Assembly: GCA_048882505.1 (NCBI GenBank)
Contig: JBHLRO010000011.1
Coordinates: forward strand, 1 to 32,000
DNA: 32,000 nt
DNA from: Candidatus Thorarchaeota archaeon
GTDB taxonomy: Archaea > Asgardarchaeota > Heimdallarchaeia > Hodarchaeales > Hodarchaeaceae
Reading direction: 5' to 3'
Both the position numbers and the translations under genes were made by a program. Positions 7,892 through 16,262 of this stretch are shown piece by piece. The notes under the pieces were generated by a model. That model made no database searches, had not been told where the DNA came from, and was given only the letters and a program-made list of their open reading frames with translations. Each line of letters begins with the position of its first letter. Position 1 is the first letter of the stretch.

Positions 7892-9010
7892 ATGACGGGG
7901 AAGTACAATTACTCCTTTTTAAATGGCCAACACATCATTCTTGTTCGGTTTGCTGGCGAACTAGGAATTAAAAGCCCTCGAACACGACAACGAATGCTTG
8001 AAATCTTGCGAAGAAATATTCGTGACATTCTTGACCCAGGAATTGACTCAAGAATTTTGCATTTTCGTGGACGATTTCTACTTTACTCGGATACTCCAAT
8101 AGATCTTGCAAAAGTGGGCCGTAAAATTGCACGCCAAATCAGTGGAGTTTCTTCCGTCAGCCCTGCGTTAGTTGTGCAGTCTACAACAGAGGAAATCATC
8201 AAAGCCGGTACCACCCAAAGCCTCAGACATATCGTCTCCCAGAGCAGCTTTGCAGTCCGCGCTCGGCGGGAAGGAAATCATGAATTCTCCTCAATGGAAA
8301 TCGCGGCGGCTCTAGGGGCAGAAGTATTGAGGCAGATTGGATCAGGGGTAAAAGTAGATCTCGAAAATCCCGATTTCGAGATCTATCTGGATGTTCGGGG
8401 TCCCCTAACATTCATATATACTCAGATTTTTCCAGGGATCGGTGGGCTCCCAGCACACGCCCAAGGAACAGTTTTGGCCTTAATTAGGCCGCACTACAAT
8501 TCCGTACTTGCGGCTTGGTTAATACAAAAACGCGGAGCCAAAATCATTCCAGTGTTTTTTAGGACGGGGAAACCGTTCGAAGATGTTTACCTAGAGTTTG
8601 TTAAGACGCAGTTTGGCCCTCCAGTGAAAATCATTTCTCTTCAAGATACTCTAGCCTCATTCCCAGAATCTCCCTCATTTTGCTTGGTTTGTGAGTTATT
8701 ATGTGAAGCCATATGTAAAGACTTGGCTGAAGATTTGGGCATACCTGTGGGCGTAGCTCCCACTTCTTTTGACTTTAATCAAGAAAAAACCTCATTAGAT
8801 GCTTTAAAACTTTTGGAGCATCGCTCTTCTCATTGGTTACTGCGACCCATTCAATTTGGGTTCCTTGGGGAAATTCTAAAATCAAACTTACAAGACAATA
8901 CGACCTGTTGTCTCTATCGAGACAAGGTTTCTCTTCAAGTCTCGGAGGACCTAGATCATGAAAAATTAGATGAGGTTATTGATTTGAAGACAAGATTACT
9001 AAGTCATTGA
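7892..9010 (+). CDS. THUMP-domain ThiI-like protein with degenerate PP-loop
   Basis: LVRFAGELGIKSPRTR, SGVSSVSP, SFAVRARREG.H.FSS, VDLENPD.EI.LDVR, GIGGLP...QG. SGGIDS is replaced by RPHYNS. Confidence 0.85.
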   Translation: MTGKYNYSFLNGQHIILVRFAGELGIKSPRTRQRMLEILRRNIRDILDPGIDSRILHFRGRFLLYSDTPIDLAKVGRKIARQISGVSSVSPALVVQSTTEEIIKAGTTQSLRHIVSQSSFAVRARREGNHEFSSMEIAAALGAEVLRQIGSGVKVDLENPDFEIYLDVRGPLTFIYTQIFPGIGGLPAHAQGTVLALIRPHYNSVLAAWLIQKRGAKIIPVFFRTGKPFEDVYLEFVKTQFGPPVKIISLQDTLASFPESPSFCLVCELLCEAICKDLAEDLGIPVGVAPTSFDFNQEKTSLDALKLLEHRSSHWLLRPIQFGFLGEILKSNLQDNTTCCLYRDKVSLQVSEDLDHEKLDEVIDLKTRLLSH

Positions 9011-9633
9011 ACAATCCGATGCTCAATTGAACCATTAGGGGTTGTTTCAGTAAAAATAATCCCCTCAAAGCGTGAAATTTTAGTTTCTAGATGGCGCCAT
9101 GCTTCAGCTGGAAGCCCCGCTTTCATGCAAACGTAATCCAAGTAGGTTTTGATATTCCATTTCTGTTCGACGGGTACCTGTGGTAATAATAAGCCACGAT
9201 TGAAGCCTCGTTGAGCAATAAGACCATGCCTCCCAATTTCTATATGGTGAAAATATTCATCGGGATTAGAAATTATAAGCGTTTGGGGAGGCGTCAAGAT
9301 TGTCACCTCGACCAAGATCTGCCGCATTTCGGTTTCTTTAACAGGAGGAAATCGAGGATCATGAACCGCGGCATCAATTGCTGAATCAATAGTAGATTGT
9401 ATTAATGTACTGTTCCTGCTTTCAATCCTCCCTATGCAACCCCTTAGATTAGCTGTCTCACTTCCAATTATACTATGAAGTGTTACAAAGGCACCTGATT
9501 CATCAAAAAGATCTTGAGGAGCATCTTCTGGTATTTCCATCCGTGTTCCGTCCCTTAGGTATATCTCGATAACCTTTCGAGCTAATTTCACCAAATAATC
9601 GCCTGAATACTTCATAATGGGCCCTTCATTCAC
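9004..9633 (-). CDS. AMMECR1-domain protein (TIGR00296-like)
   Basis: GAFVTL, LRGCIG, AAVHDPRFPPV, EVTILTPP, IGRHGL, GLLLPQVPVE..W, KAGLP..AW, FEGIIF.E. Confidence 0.93.
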   Translation of the reverse strand: MNEGPIMKYSGDYLVKLARKVIEIYLRDGTRMEIPEDAPQDLFDESGAFVTLHSIIGSETANLRGCIGRIESRNSTLIQSTIDSAIDAAVHDPRFPPVKETEMRQILVEVTILTPPQTLIISNPDEYFHHIEIGRHGLIAQRGFNRGLLLPQVPVEQKWNIKTYLDYVCMKAGLPAEAWRHLETKISRFEGIIFTETTPNGSIEHRIVQ

Positions 9634-9791
9634 TAGATTTCATGTTCAGCCAGGGAAATTAATTTTTTCATAGAAAAAAAGGATTTTTCTATCAGATGAA
9701 TAAGTCAATCTCAGACGACCTCTGATTCAATCGAACAATCGTCAATTATACAATGTAGAAATATTATATCAGAACAGGATAGGAGATTGAA

Positions 9792-10187
9792 TTGAGTAGA
9801 GAAAGACGAAGTATCAGTGAACGAAAGATTCGTCGGATTCGAGAACCTGAGGATGGAACTACCACTCCCCGTGACGTAAAAAAGGGTACTAGACGACCGA
9901 GTGGACTGAAACCAAGTGCAAAGAATTATTATTCCAAAGTAGCCTTCGGAATCGGGAATGGAACGATAGCCGGAATTGCCTTTCTTTTCTTTAACTTGTC
10001 CCCAGATTTGTGGCTGGTTTTATTGATTGCGGGACTCGTTTTGTGTGCATTATTTATCCGCTATGTTTTGAAGGTACCTCGTGAAGAGGTTGATAATAAA
10101 CGCCTTTGGCTCAGTGGAACGTTTACATTTATCCTTCTTTTCGTCGTTGTTAGCTCATTATTTTGGATGGTCCCTGGACCAACCTAG
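9792..10187 (+). CDS. Three-TM membrane protein, probable EMC6/OPTI (Rab5ip family) homologue
   Basis: Basic N-terminus then three hydrophobic segments. YYSKVAFGIGNGTIAGI and LWLSGTFTFILLFVVVSSLFW resemble EMC6 TM1 and TM3. AGGAG SD upstream of a TTG start. Confidence 0.55.
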   Translation: MSRERRSISERKIRRIREPEDGTTTPRDVKKGTRRPSGLKPSAKNYYSKVAFGIGNGTIAGIAFLFFNLSPDLWLVLLIAGLVLCALFIRYVLKVPREEVDNKRLWLSGTFTFILLFVVVSSLFWMVPGPT

Positions 10188-10222
10188 GATAGTTTGGTAC
10201 GGAACTTATGTAAGAAACTACC

Positions 10223-10978
10223 TCAGATGGACCAATCATCACCATAAGCAAAGGTACGGCTGATTTGCGCGGCCACTAGGTCAAGACCTTCCCCCGAGTA
10301 AGCACTACAAGGCAAAAGAGGTATTTCGGCCATATCTTCAAAGATTTGGCCCGTGCGGAAAGCAAATTCCCGTGTCAACCCGTGTAGCTCTTCTATTGCT
10401 GCATAAGGATCTTCTCGCCATCCCAAGATCTCTTCTACTTTGGAGGGCTTTAAAAGATCGACTTTTGTCATCACGTGCGTAATAGGAAGATTTAACCGTA
10501 TTTGAACAGAAGTAGCAAGGAGATTTACTGAGAGATATCCTGCAATAGAAGAAACCAGAGCTGAATCAAAAAGAAAGGCAATTAATGAAGAGTCGCTATA
10601 AAAACTCCGTGTAATTCGCACACTGGAACTTCGATATGCAAAAAGTTCCATCTGGCCTGGAGTATCAACCAGGACAACCTGTGAACTCTCCCCTAATTCC
10701 TCTATTGCTTCTTTGACGTCATTTATGTAGTCTGCGATTAGGTCAGCTGCAGCTACGATTGCTCCATTTGGACCCAATTGGTATTCATCAACCAGTTGGT
10801 CAAAATTAATATAATCTCGGATATCAATATCTGCTTTGTATGGAATGTGTTGAACTGCAGGATCTAAATTTACGGTAGTTAACGTGGCGCCTTTTGTTGT
10901 TAAGTATCGCTGAAGAGAGGCCGTAAGTACTGTCTTACCTGAACCAGCTGTTCCGACCAGATAGAAGATATTACTCAT
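10223..10978 (-). CDS. GPN-loop GTPase
   Basis: GTAGSGKT, VNLDPA, LGPNGAIV, DTPGQMELF, TKVDLL, SAYSGEG. Confidence 0.95.
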   Translation of the reverse strand: MSNIFYLVGTAGSGKTVLTASLQRYLTTKGATLTTVNLDPAVQHIPYKADIDIRDYINFDQLVDEYQLGPNGAIVAAADLIADYINDVKEAIEELGESSQVVLVDTPGQMELFAYRSSSVRITRSFYSDSSLIAFLFDSALVSSIAGYLSVNLLATSVQIRLNLPITHVMTKVDLLKPSKVEEILGWREDPYAAIEELHGLTREFAFRTGQIFEDMAEIPLLPCSAYSGEGLDLVAAQISRTFAYGDDWSI

Positions 10979-10984
10979 GAAATT

Positions 10985-12106
10985 TCATCTATTATCCAGT
11001 TCTAAAGGAAACGTGGTAGAGTATGGTGGAGATGCAAATAATCCACGTGAATAGTACTTTAAGGTAACACTAGCGTTAAAAAGTTCTTCTCCACTAAGAT
11101 GGGCAATAATCCCTCCCTCAAGGGCTCGTGATCCTATGTAATTATAGACTAGTGTCCAACGATAGAGCGCTTGCACCCCTAAGACTGTTGTTGTAATTTC
11201 TATGAAATCAATGTTGTTAAAAAGACCGTTTGACGATATTACGATTCTGATGGGGAAAAAGAACACCTCATCGGATGATTGACCCCCCTGGTTCCAGCGA
11301 GAACTGGAGGATGGTAGCATCAGAGTGATCATCTCATCGGTAGTGGATTCTAACAAATTCTGGGATGAGGAGCTACTATCTACTGGAATACTGTACAAAA
11401 TTACCGTGGGAGGGGAAGTAAAAGCAGCCATGAGATTACTGCCAAGGAAAATAAGCAATGTAAGCAGTACTAATCCCACCTTAATATAGGAACCCTTGCG
11501 CTTTTTCCTCCATGAAGGAGCGCTCGTGGTTTTCAAGCTCTTATCCTTCTCATCTGATCCGTTTCCCGAGAATAATAAGACTATGGCACTGACCAAAAGA
11601 ATTATTCTGCCAGGAGTAGTTTGAAAGAGAATCAAGAACCACCCGATGTACGGAATACGAACCACTACGATACCAAAGATATCCTTCCCTTGTACTACCC
11701 AATTATCTGGATACTTGTTGTTATCTCCATTCGTCTTAAACCTGAAGGTTTCATTTTCCGCCCATTTATCAATAACTCGATGGACAACTGGTTCCGTTAC
11801 TTGAGAAACATTGAAGACGATTACGTCACCGATCTCGATTGAAGCGGGTGAGACCTTTCTAACAAGTAGAATATCACCACGAAGAGGGTAAATATCGGCT
11901 TGTTCGGTGTTTTGATACCCGTTATAAATAGGGATCATACTTCCAGTCGTTACCGCCGCTGTAGGATGTGTAGCTCCATTCAACATAATGGTTAAACCAC
12001 TAGAAATAGTGATCGCCATTCCAAGAGCTATAACAAGCAGAGCTGCGATTTCTAGCCATCCCCTCACCTTTGTATTTCTCAGTATCCTAGATAGGTCTTC
12101 TTTCAT
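10985..12106 (-). CDS. Signal peptidase I (Sec11/S26B type) fused to an extra TM and ~144-aa extracytoplasmic domain
   Basis: TM1, GSMIP (Ser56), GDVIVF, VVHRV (His109), GDNNKYPD, IPYIGW; then TM2, basic linker, TM3 and a beta-rich domain. Confidence 0.92.
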   Translation of the reverse strand: MKEDLSRILRNTKVRGWLEIAALLVIALGMAITISSGLTIMLNGATHPTAAVTTGSMIPIYNGYQNTEQADIYPLRGDILLVRKVSPASIEIGDVIVFNVSQVTEPVVHRVIDKWAENETFRFKTNGDNNKYPDNWVVQGKDIFGIVVVRIPYIGWFLILFQTTPGRIILLVSAIVLLFSGNGSDEKDKSLKTTSAPSWRKKRKGSYIKVGLVLLTLLIFLGSNLMAAFTSPPTVILYSIPVDSSSSSQNLLESTTDEMITLMLPSSSSRWNQGGQSSDEVFFFPIRIVISSNGLFNNIDFIEITTTVLGVQALYRWTLVYNYIGSRALEGGIIAHLSGEELFNASVTLKYYSRGLFASPPYSTTFPLELDNR

Positions 12107-12356
12107 TGCATTTTGGTAGAGATTTCCGAAAGCTTTTAGTTTTATTTGTTTTAGAATCAGCTCTCACCAGTGTTCCTCTTTTAGGGAAAAGACATTTCAC
12201 TTGTGGGAAATGGCTAGAAACAAGATAGGTGGAGGAACCTCTTATGTTACATGACTAAAATAAACCTCAAATATCGATTACTAGACTGCAGTTTACTAAC
12301 TTATTTCGCGTAGTACGACGCGGATTGGCGGATTCTTTTAGTGGAGTACGCGTAGA

Positions 12357-12659
12357 TTGAAAATTCCTTCAAAAATGAGAACATTCTGTCCATATTGTAA
12401 CAAACATACGGTCCAGACTGTGAAAATAGAGAAAAGTAAGCAGCGCGGAGGTGGCATGAGCCGGGGCAGCCGTTCTATGGTCCGATGGACTAGTAGAATC
12501 GGAAATCACGGTCGATATTCACGAAGGCCAATCGCATCACGAAACATGACCTCTAAAACAACTAAAAAGGTTGATCTTCGCCTAACATGCCCTGAATGTG
12601 GGAAACGTTGGATTCGAAGCCGTCCTAGAGCTAAAAGAACCGAACTACAACGCGCTTGA
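12357..12659 (+). CDS. rpl44e: 50S ribosomal protein eL42 (L44e)
   Basis: MKIP.KMRTFCPYCNKHT, KTTKKVDLRLTCPECGK; TTG start with GGAG upstream. Confidence 0.96.
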   Translation: MKIPSKMRTFCPYCNKHTVQTVKIEKSKQRGGGMSRGSRSMVRWTSRIGNHGRYSRRPIASRNMTSKTTKKVDLRLTCPECGKRWIRSRPRAKRTELQRA

Positions 12660-12697
12660 TCATTTTTTACATGCCTATGTAAAATAGGTAGATTTTA

Positions 12698-13060
12698 ATG
12701 CCAAAAAAAGAGTCCGATGTTGCATTGAACCATCTAGGAGATGAGGATTCACAAGAAAGATCCCCTAATTCCGTGATCGATCCAAAAGATATTCTTGAAA
12801 GGCTTGGGCGGACCAAAAAACGAATATTAATTGAGCTCTACCGTGATTCCGTTGGATATAAGCGGTTGAGCAAGATCATTGGGGTGGGGCTAGACACCGT
12901 TAGAAGTCATATACGGACCGGGAAATACAGTCGATCACTATTGGAGGTTGGATTGGTTGAACGTGGTGAGAAGGGTTGGCAGCTTACCCCTCTTGGTCTC
13001 CAGGTTACTGAGCTTCTCCAACAAGATCCCGAATTTAAAGCGTTTTTTCTAACAGATTGA
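12698..13060 (+). CDS. Winged helix-turn-helix protein
   Basis: RILIELY...VGYKRLSKIIGVGLDTVRSHI helix-turn-helix, then LLEVGLVER....WQLTPLG wing. Confidence 0.75.
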   Translation: MPKKESDVALNHLGDEDSQERSPNSVIDPKDILERLGRTKKRILIELYRDSVGYKRLSKIIGVGLDTVRSHIRTGKYSRSLLEVGLVERGEKGWQLTPLGLQVTELLQQDPEFKAFFLTD

Positions 13061-13192
13061 ACCATCCTGTGGCAGAATTGCACTCAAAACCGTGATGGAA
13101 AACATTTTAATATATCCTAAAAGCCGAAATGTCACAAGAGAATCTTTTTGTGTACCGATTAGGAATGTCTATATCAGTCAAATAAAATTTTT

Positions 13193-13297
13193 AGCGGCCT
13201 AGGGTAGCCAGGTTATCCCGTGGGGCTCATAAGCGGAAGATGACATTCTCCTGAGAGACCCCAAGATCGGACGGTTCAAATCCTCCGGCCGCTACCA
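13193..13297 (+). tRNA. Initiator tRNA-Met(CAU) with 26-nt intron at 37/38; CCA encoded
   Basis: A1:U72 (AGCGGCC/GGCCGCT), three consecutive G-C pairs in anticodon stem TGGGG/CCCCA, D arm GGGTAGCCAGGTTATCCC as in archaeal initiators, anticodon CAT at 13228-13230. Confidence 0.92.
13232..13257 (+). other. tRNA intron with relaxed bulge-helix-bulge motif
   Basis: Central helix CTCA(13226-29)/TGAG(13252-55); 3-nt bulges TA|A and AG|A; weak intron-side outer helix. Confidence 0.85.
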
Positions 13298-13303
13298 TTT
13301 TTT
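13298..13303 (+). terminator. Oligo-T terminator after tRNA-iMet
   Basis: T6 immediately after the encoded CCA. Confidence 0.6.
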
Positions 13304-13341
13304 CTTATTGCGTCTATTCCTTTACAGACTTTTTATGACGT

Positions 13342-13668
13342 GTGTTCCATGACGGGAGATCTTTTAAGCCCAATCGCGGAATAAGTACACAGAGAAACCC
13401 ACAAACCTTAGGTCGAGTGAAAACAATTAGCAAGAATGATAGACCCTCCAAGCCCAAAAGGAAGAAGAGTAAGAGTTATTGGTTTGAACATCAGGAAAAA
13501 AGAGGAATTAACCCACACAAATCAGCGTGGTCGGAATTTGAAGAAAAACAGAAGAGGGAACCTGTTAACGAGGGTGCTGTTTCCAACCAGTTTTGTGCAA
13601 GGTGTGGTGCTGAGCTTCGAGTAGATGCGAAGTTCTGTGAGCGATGTGGTGAACGTACATATTTGTAA
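13342..13668 (+). CDS. Basic hypothetical protein with C-terminal zinc ribbon
   Basis: FCARCG.ELRVDAKFCERCG CxxC-x10-CxxC at the C-terminus; start uncertain (GTG). Confidence 0.7.
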   Translation: MFHDGRSFKPNRGISTQRNPQTLGRVKTISKNDRPSKPKRKKSKSYWFEHQEKRGINPHKSAWSEFEEKQKREPVNEGAVSNQFCARCGAELRVDAKFCERCGERTYL

Positions 13669-13708
13669 TGGTCGAAAAAGGCTCCCTAACGGTCAAAAAA
13701 GTTGAATC

Positions 13709-13882
13709 TTACGATCGCCTAAATTCAGGTTGTCCTACCGGGATTTCCTTCACTACCCGTTTAAAATAGTTCTTTTTATTTCTAAGACTGGGAGCAAGTC
13801 CTTTGCGTGGTCGAGCCTCAACCTTTGGGGTTTGATTACGAACCTTTCCCGCTTTTGTTAATGATCCGTGTGAACCTGCCAT
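13709..13882 (-). CDS. rps30e: 30S ribosomal protein eS30 (57 aa, not in ORF track)
   Basis: Translated by hand: MAGSHGSLTKAGKVRNQTPKVEARPRKGLAPSLRNKKNYFKRVVKEIPVGQPEFRRS; signature HGSL.KAGKVR.QTPKV. Confidence 0.96.
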   Translation of the reverse strand: MAGSHGSLTKAGKVRNQTPKVEARPRKGLAPSLRNKKNYFKRVVKEIPVGQPEFRRS

Positions 13883-13950
13883 AATAGATCATATTATCCA
13901 GTATTGGGACACATTCTTAATTCTTTACCTTTGGTTTGCGTTTATTGGTT

Positions 13951-15000
13951 CTACTTACGAAAGAACCCGTGTAACTCCTGCTGGGGTGTTCGCCCTTCGA
14001 GGACGGCCTGAACAACCTTTGCAAATGATTGAAACCCCCGATCAGAGGAATGTGACACAAGTTGGGCCCAAAAGGATGGTAAAATAGCAGTTGCTAGATA
14101 AGACCCCAAATAACGAGCAATATGCCTTTGCGGAAATGTGAAATGATCTTGCGGTGGGGTAACTGAATCGTCAGGTAAGAATGCTAATACTGGATGTTCA
14201 GAAGTCCCCCCTGGGTAAAGATCATCCCTTTTAAGATCATCAAGTCTTTGGGTAAGTCCGATTCTGTATACCCATAGAGCAGCGGCAATGAAGATAAGTT
14301 TTGCATTAATAAAGCTCAATTGTAGCCCTACAGGGCTCCAGCTTAACCAATGTAAAACCGCTGATACAGTTTGGTTGAATTCATTTTGACGCAGATCTTC
14401 GTTAAAAACGGCCATCAACGAAGAGAACGGGGCTGATGGAAAATTAATTTCCCCAAACTTCACTAGATCTTCAAGTAAATGCTTCTCCCTTAGATTCAGG
14501 AAATGCCTCTGTTCTTGTTTAACTCTCTCAATGGTAATCTCATCGAATGGGCTATCAAGGTCTATTTGCTCCCCCCAGAAACTTTTAAAGTGGTCCTGTG
14601 TCATTCTATACATTTCTGAGATTAACTCATCTCCTATTCGTTTATCGGGTTCAATAACCCATTGGAACCCAGACCCACGACCACAAGGATAGATCCAGGC
14701 TAAAAATTCTTCAGAACTAATTTTCCAAAAGATTAGCGGAAATGTCTTGCAAATTAAGGGCTTTGTGTTATCTTCATGTAGTGTACAAAGACCTTGTCTG
14801 GTGAAGAAAATACAAGAATCCCCTCTGGTTAGAACTTCCCCTCTTTCGCTTTGTCTTATTAACCAGGATGAGATTGGATGATGTCGCTTCAAGTACTGTG
14901 CTTCTGAAGGAAGTAGAGGAAGCTCGTATTCTGTGGTACAGCATTTGTGAACACACAAGAAACAATCATATCCGGAATATCTTGAGAAACCTCGAATCAT
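13951..15000 (-). CDS. YkgJ-like CxxCxxCC putative Fe-S/Zn protein with long helical C-terminal region
   Basis: CFLCVHKCC, CIFF...GLCTLH...KPLICKTFP. Confidence 0.8.
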   Translation of the reverse strand: MIRGFSRYSGYDCFLCVHKCCTTEYELPLLPSEAQYLKRHHPISSWLIRQSERGEVLTRGDSCIFFTRQGLCTLHEDNTKPLICKTFPLIFWKISSEEFLAWIYPCGRGSGFQWVIEPDKRIGDELISEMYRMTQDHFKSFWGEQIDLDSPFDEITIERVKQEQRHFLNLREKHLLEDLVKFGEINFPSAPFSSLMAVFNEDLRQNEFNQTVSAVLHWLSWSPVGLQLSFINAKLIFIAAALWVYRIGLTQRLDDLKRDDLYPGGTSEHPVLAFLPDDSVTPPQDHFTFPQRHIARYLGSYLATAILPSFWAQLVSHSSDRGFQSFAKVVQAVLEGRTPQQELHGFFRK

Positions 15001-15056
15001 TTAGGTCAAAACCGCCAAAAACAGGATTATCTGAATGCGGAAATTCCTGAGGTAAT

Positions 15057-16211
15057 CTAATTCTCAAAATCGGGGGGAAGCCCGATTTGACGTTGGAGGT
15101 TATTTGTCAGTTTATCAGTTCGAGGTTTTGATTCCAGTAGAAAGTCTTCTAAATTTGATTCAACTTGTTTGAGGACAATACGTTCATCAGTATGAAGATT
15201 CCTTTGTGTAATGTGATATTCAAACCACTTACACAATAGCTGAGGTGCTTTAGTCATCACGATGACCTCTTCCTCCGTTAAATTCCTCAATCGGTGAACA
15301 GTTTGAGAGATTCTCGGATCGAAAAGGTGACTCACGGGGTGAATTATCGCGGTAAGATAGCTACGGCCCTTGGTAATCTCATCCTCCTCCATCCAGATAT
15401 CCGATCCTAATGCCCACATCTCGTAATCGATGCCCCACAGGTTCTTAATGGTGCGAGACTCATCCAATTCTACCAAATAATTTCCTGCATTACGATCTGG
15501 GTCATTTAACCAAATATCAAAGGGAAGCAGGAAATATCCGTCGTCAACTTTTTGAATCTGACTGAACGCATCATCAAGTCCTTCCTTGTGTTGATCCAAA
15601 AACTGATCCAAGTTCACTGTATTTGGGATTCTTTTTATTAAAACGGCAAGAACAGTTGATGGGTCTCCTTGTATACTCTTTTCCGTGAGTAATTCTTCAA
15701 AAGACTTTGATGTCTCAAACGAGTATGCATCCCGTTCCGAGTAGCTATAATATTCCTCTGCGGTTTCCGCTACACCTTCCTCATCTAAAATGACGACCTC
15801 GGGATCGAGCATCAATGGTGAAGAAGCTGTTAGTTCGAAATTCGCCACCACCTGGGAACTTAGAATAAGAGCCTTTGGAATTTTCAATTTTATTCGTTGA
15901 CCAAGACGCGAAGCCACGAATTCGCAGAGAACCCGCCAAAGATGCATTCGATCTTTCCCCTCTTCAGGAGAACCTTCGATATCTACATCTAAATCGTACA
16001 TCATATTGACTTCAAGATCAATAAGATTATTGAAGGTTTTAAGCAGCCATTCCTGCTCGTGTTCGTCAATGAGGACTGTGGCCTTCCCGTGTTGTCCTGC
16101 GACCGCCAGTGTATCTTTTGTAAGTCTTAAACGGGTAACTACTACCTTTTTTGATGAATCCTCATAGATTATGACGTCCCATTGATTGGTCATATTATCA
16201 AATCCTTTCAT
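15057..16211 (-). CDS. HipA-like / PI3-4-kinase-like atypical kinase (start may be MTNQW at 16193)
   Basis: Gly-containing loop AGQHGK, beta3 Lys in WLLKTF, alphaC EFVASRLG..I.L.IP, catalytic loop FDIWLNDPDRNAGNYLV, metal-binding GIDYE. Confidence 0.78.
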   Translation of the reverse strand: MKGFDNMTNQWDVIIYEDSSKKVVVTRLRLTKDTLAVAGQHGKATVLIDEHEQEWLLKTFNNLIDLEVNMMYDLDVDIEGSPEEGKDRMHLWRVLCEFVASRLGQRIKLKIPKALILSSQVVANFELTASSPLMLDPEVVILDEEGVAETAEEYYSYSERDAYSFETSKSFEELLTEKSIQGDPSTVLAVLIKRIPNTVNLDQFLDQHKEGLDDAFSQIQKVDDGYFLLPFDIWLNDPDRNAGNYLVELDESRTIKNLWGIDYEMWALGSDIWMEEDEITKGRSYLTAIIHPVSHLFDPRISQTVHRLRNLTEEEVIVMTKAPQLLCKWFEYHITQRNLHTDERIVLKQVESNLEDFLLESKPRTDKLTNNLQRQIGLPPDFEN

Positions 16212-16262
16212 TGCCCAAAATAGCAGGCCGTTCTGATTCTAGAACCGAGGATGCCAGTGATT

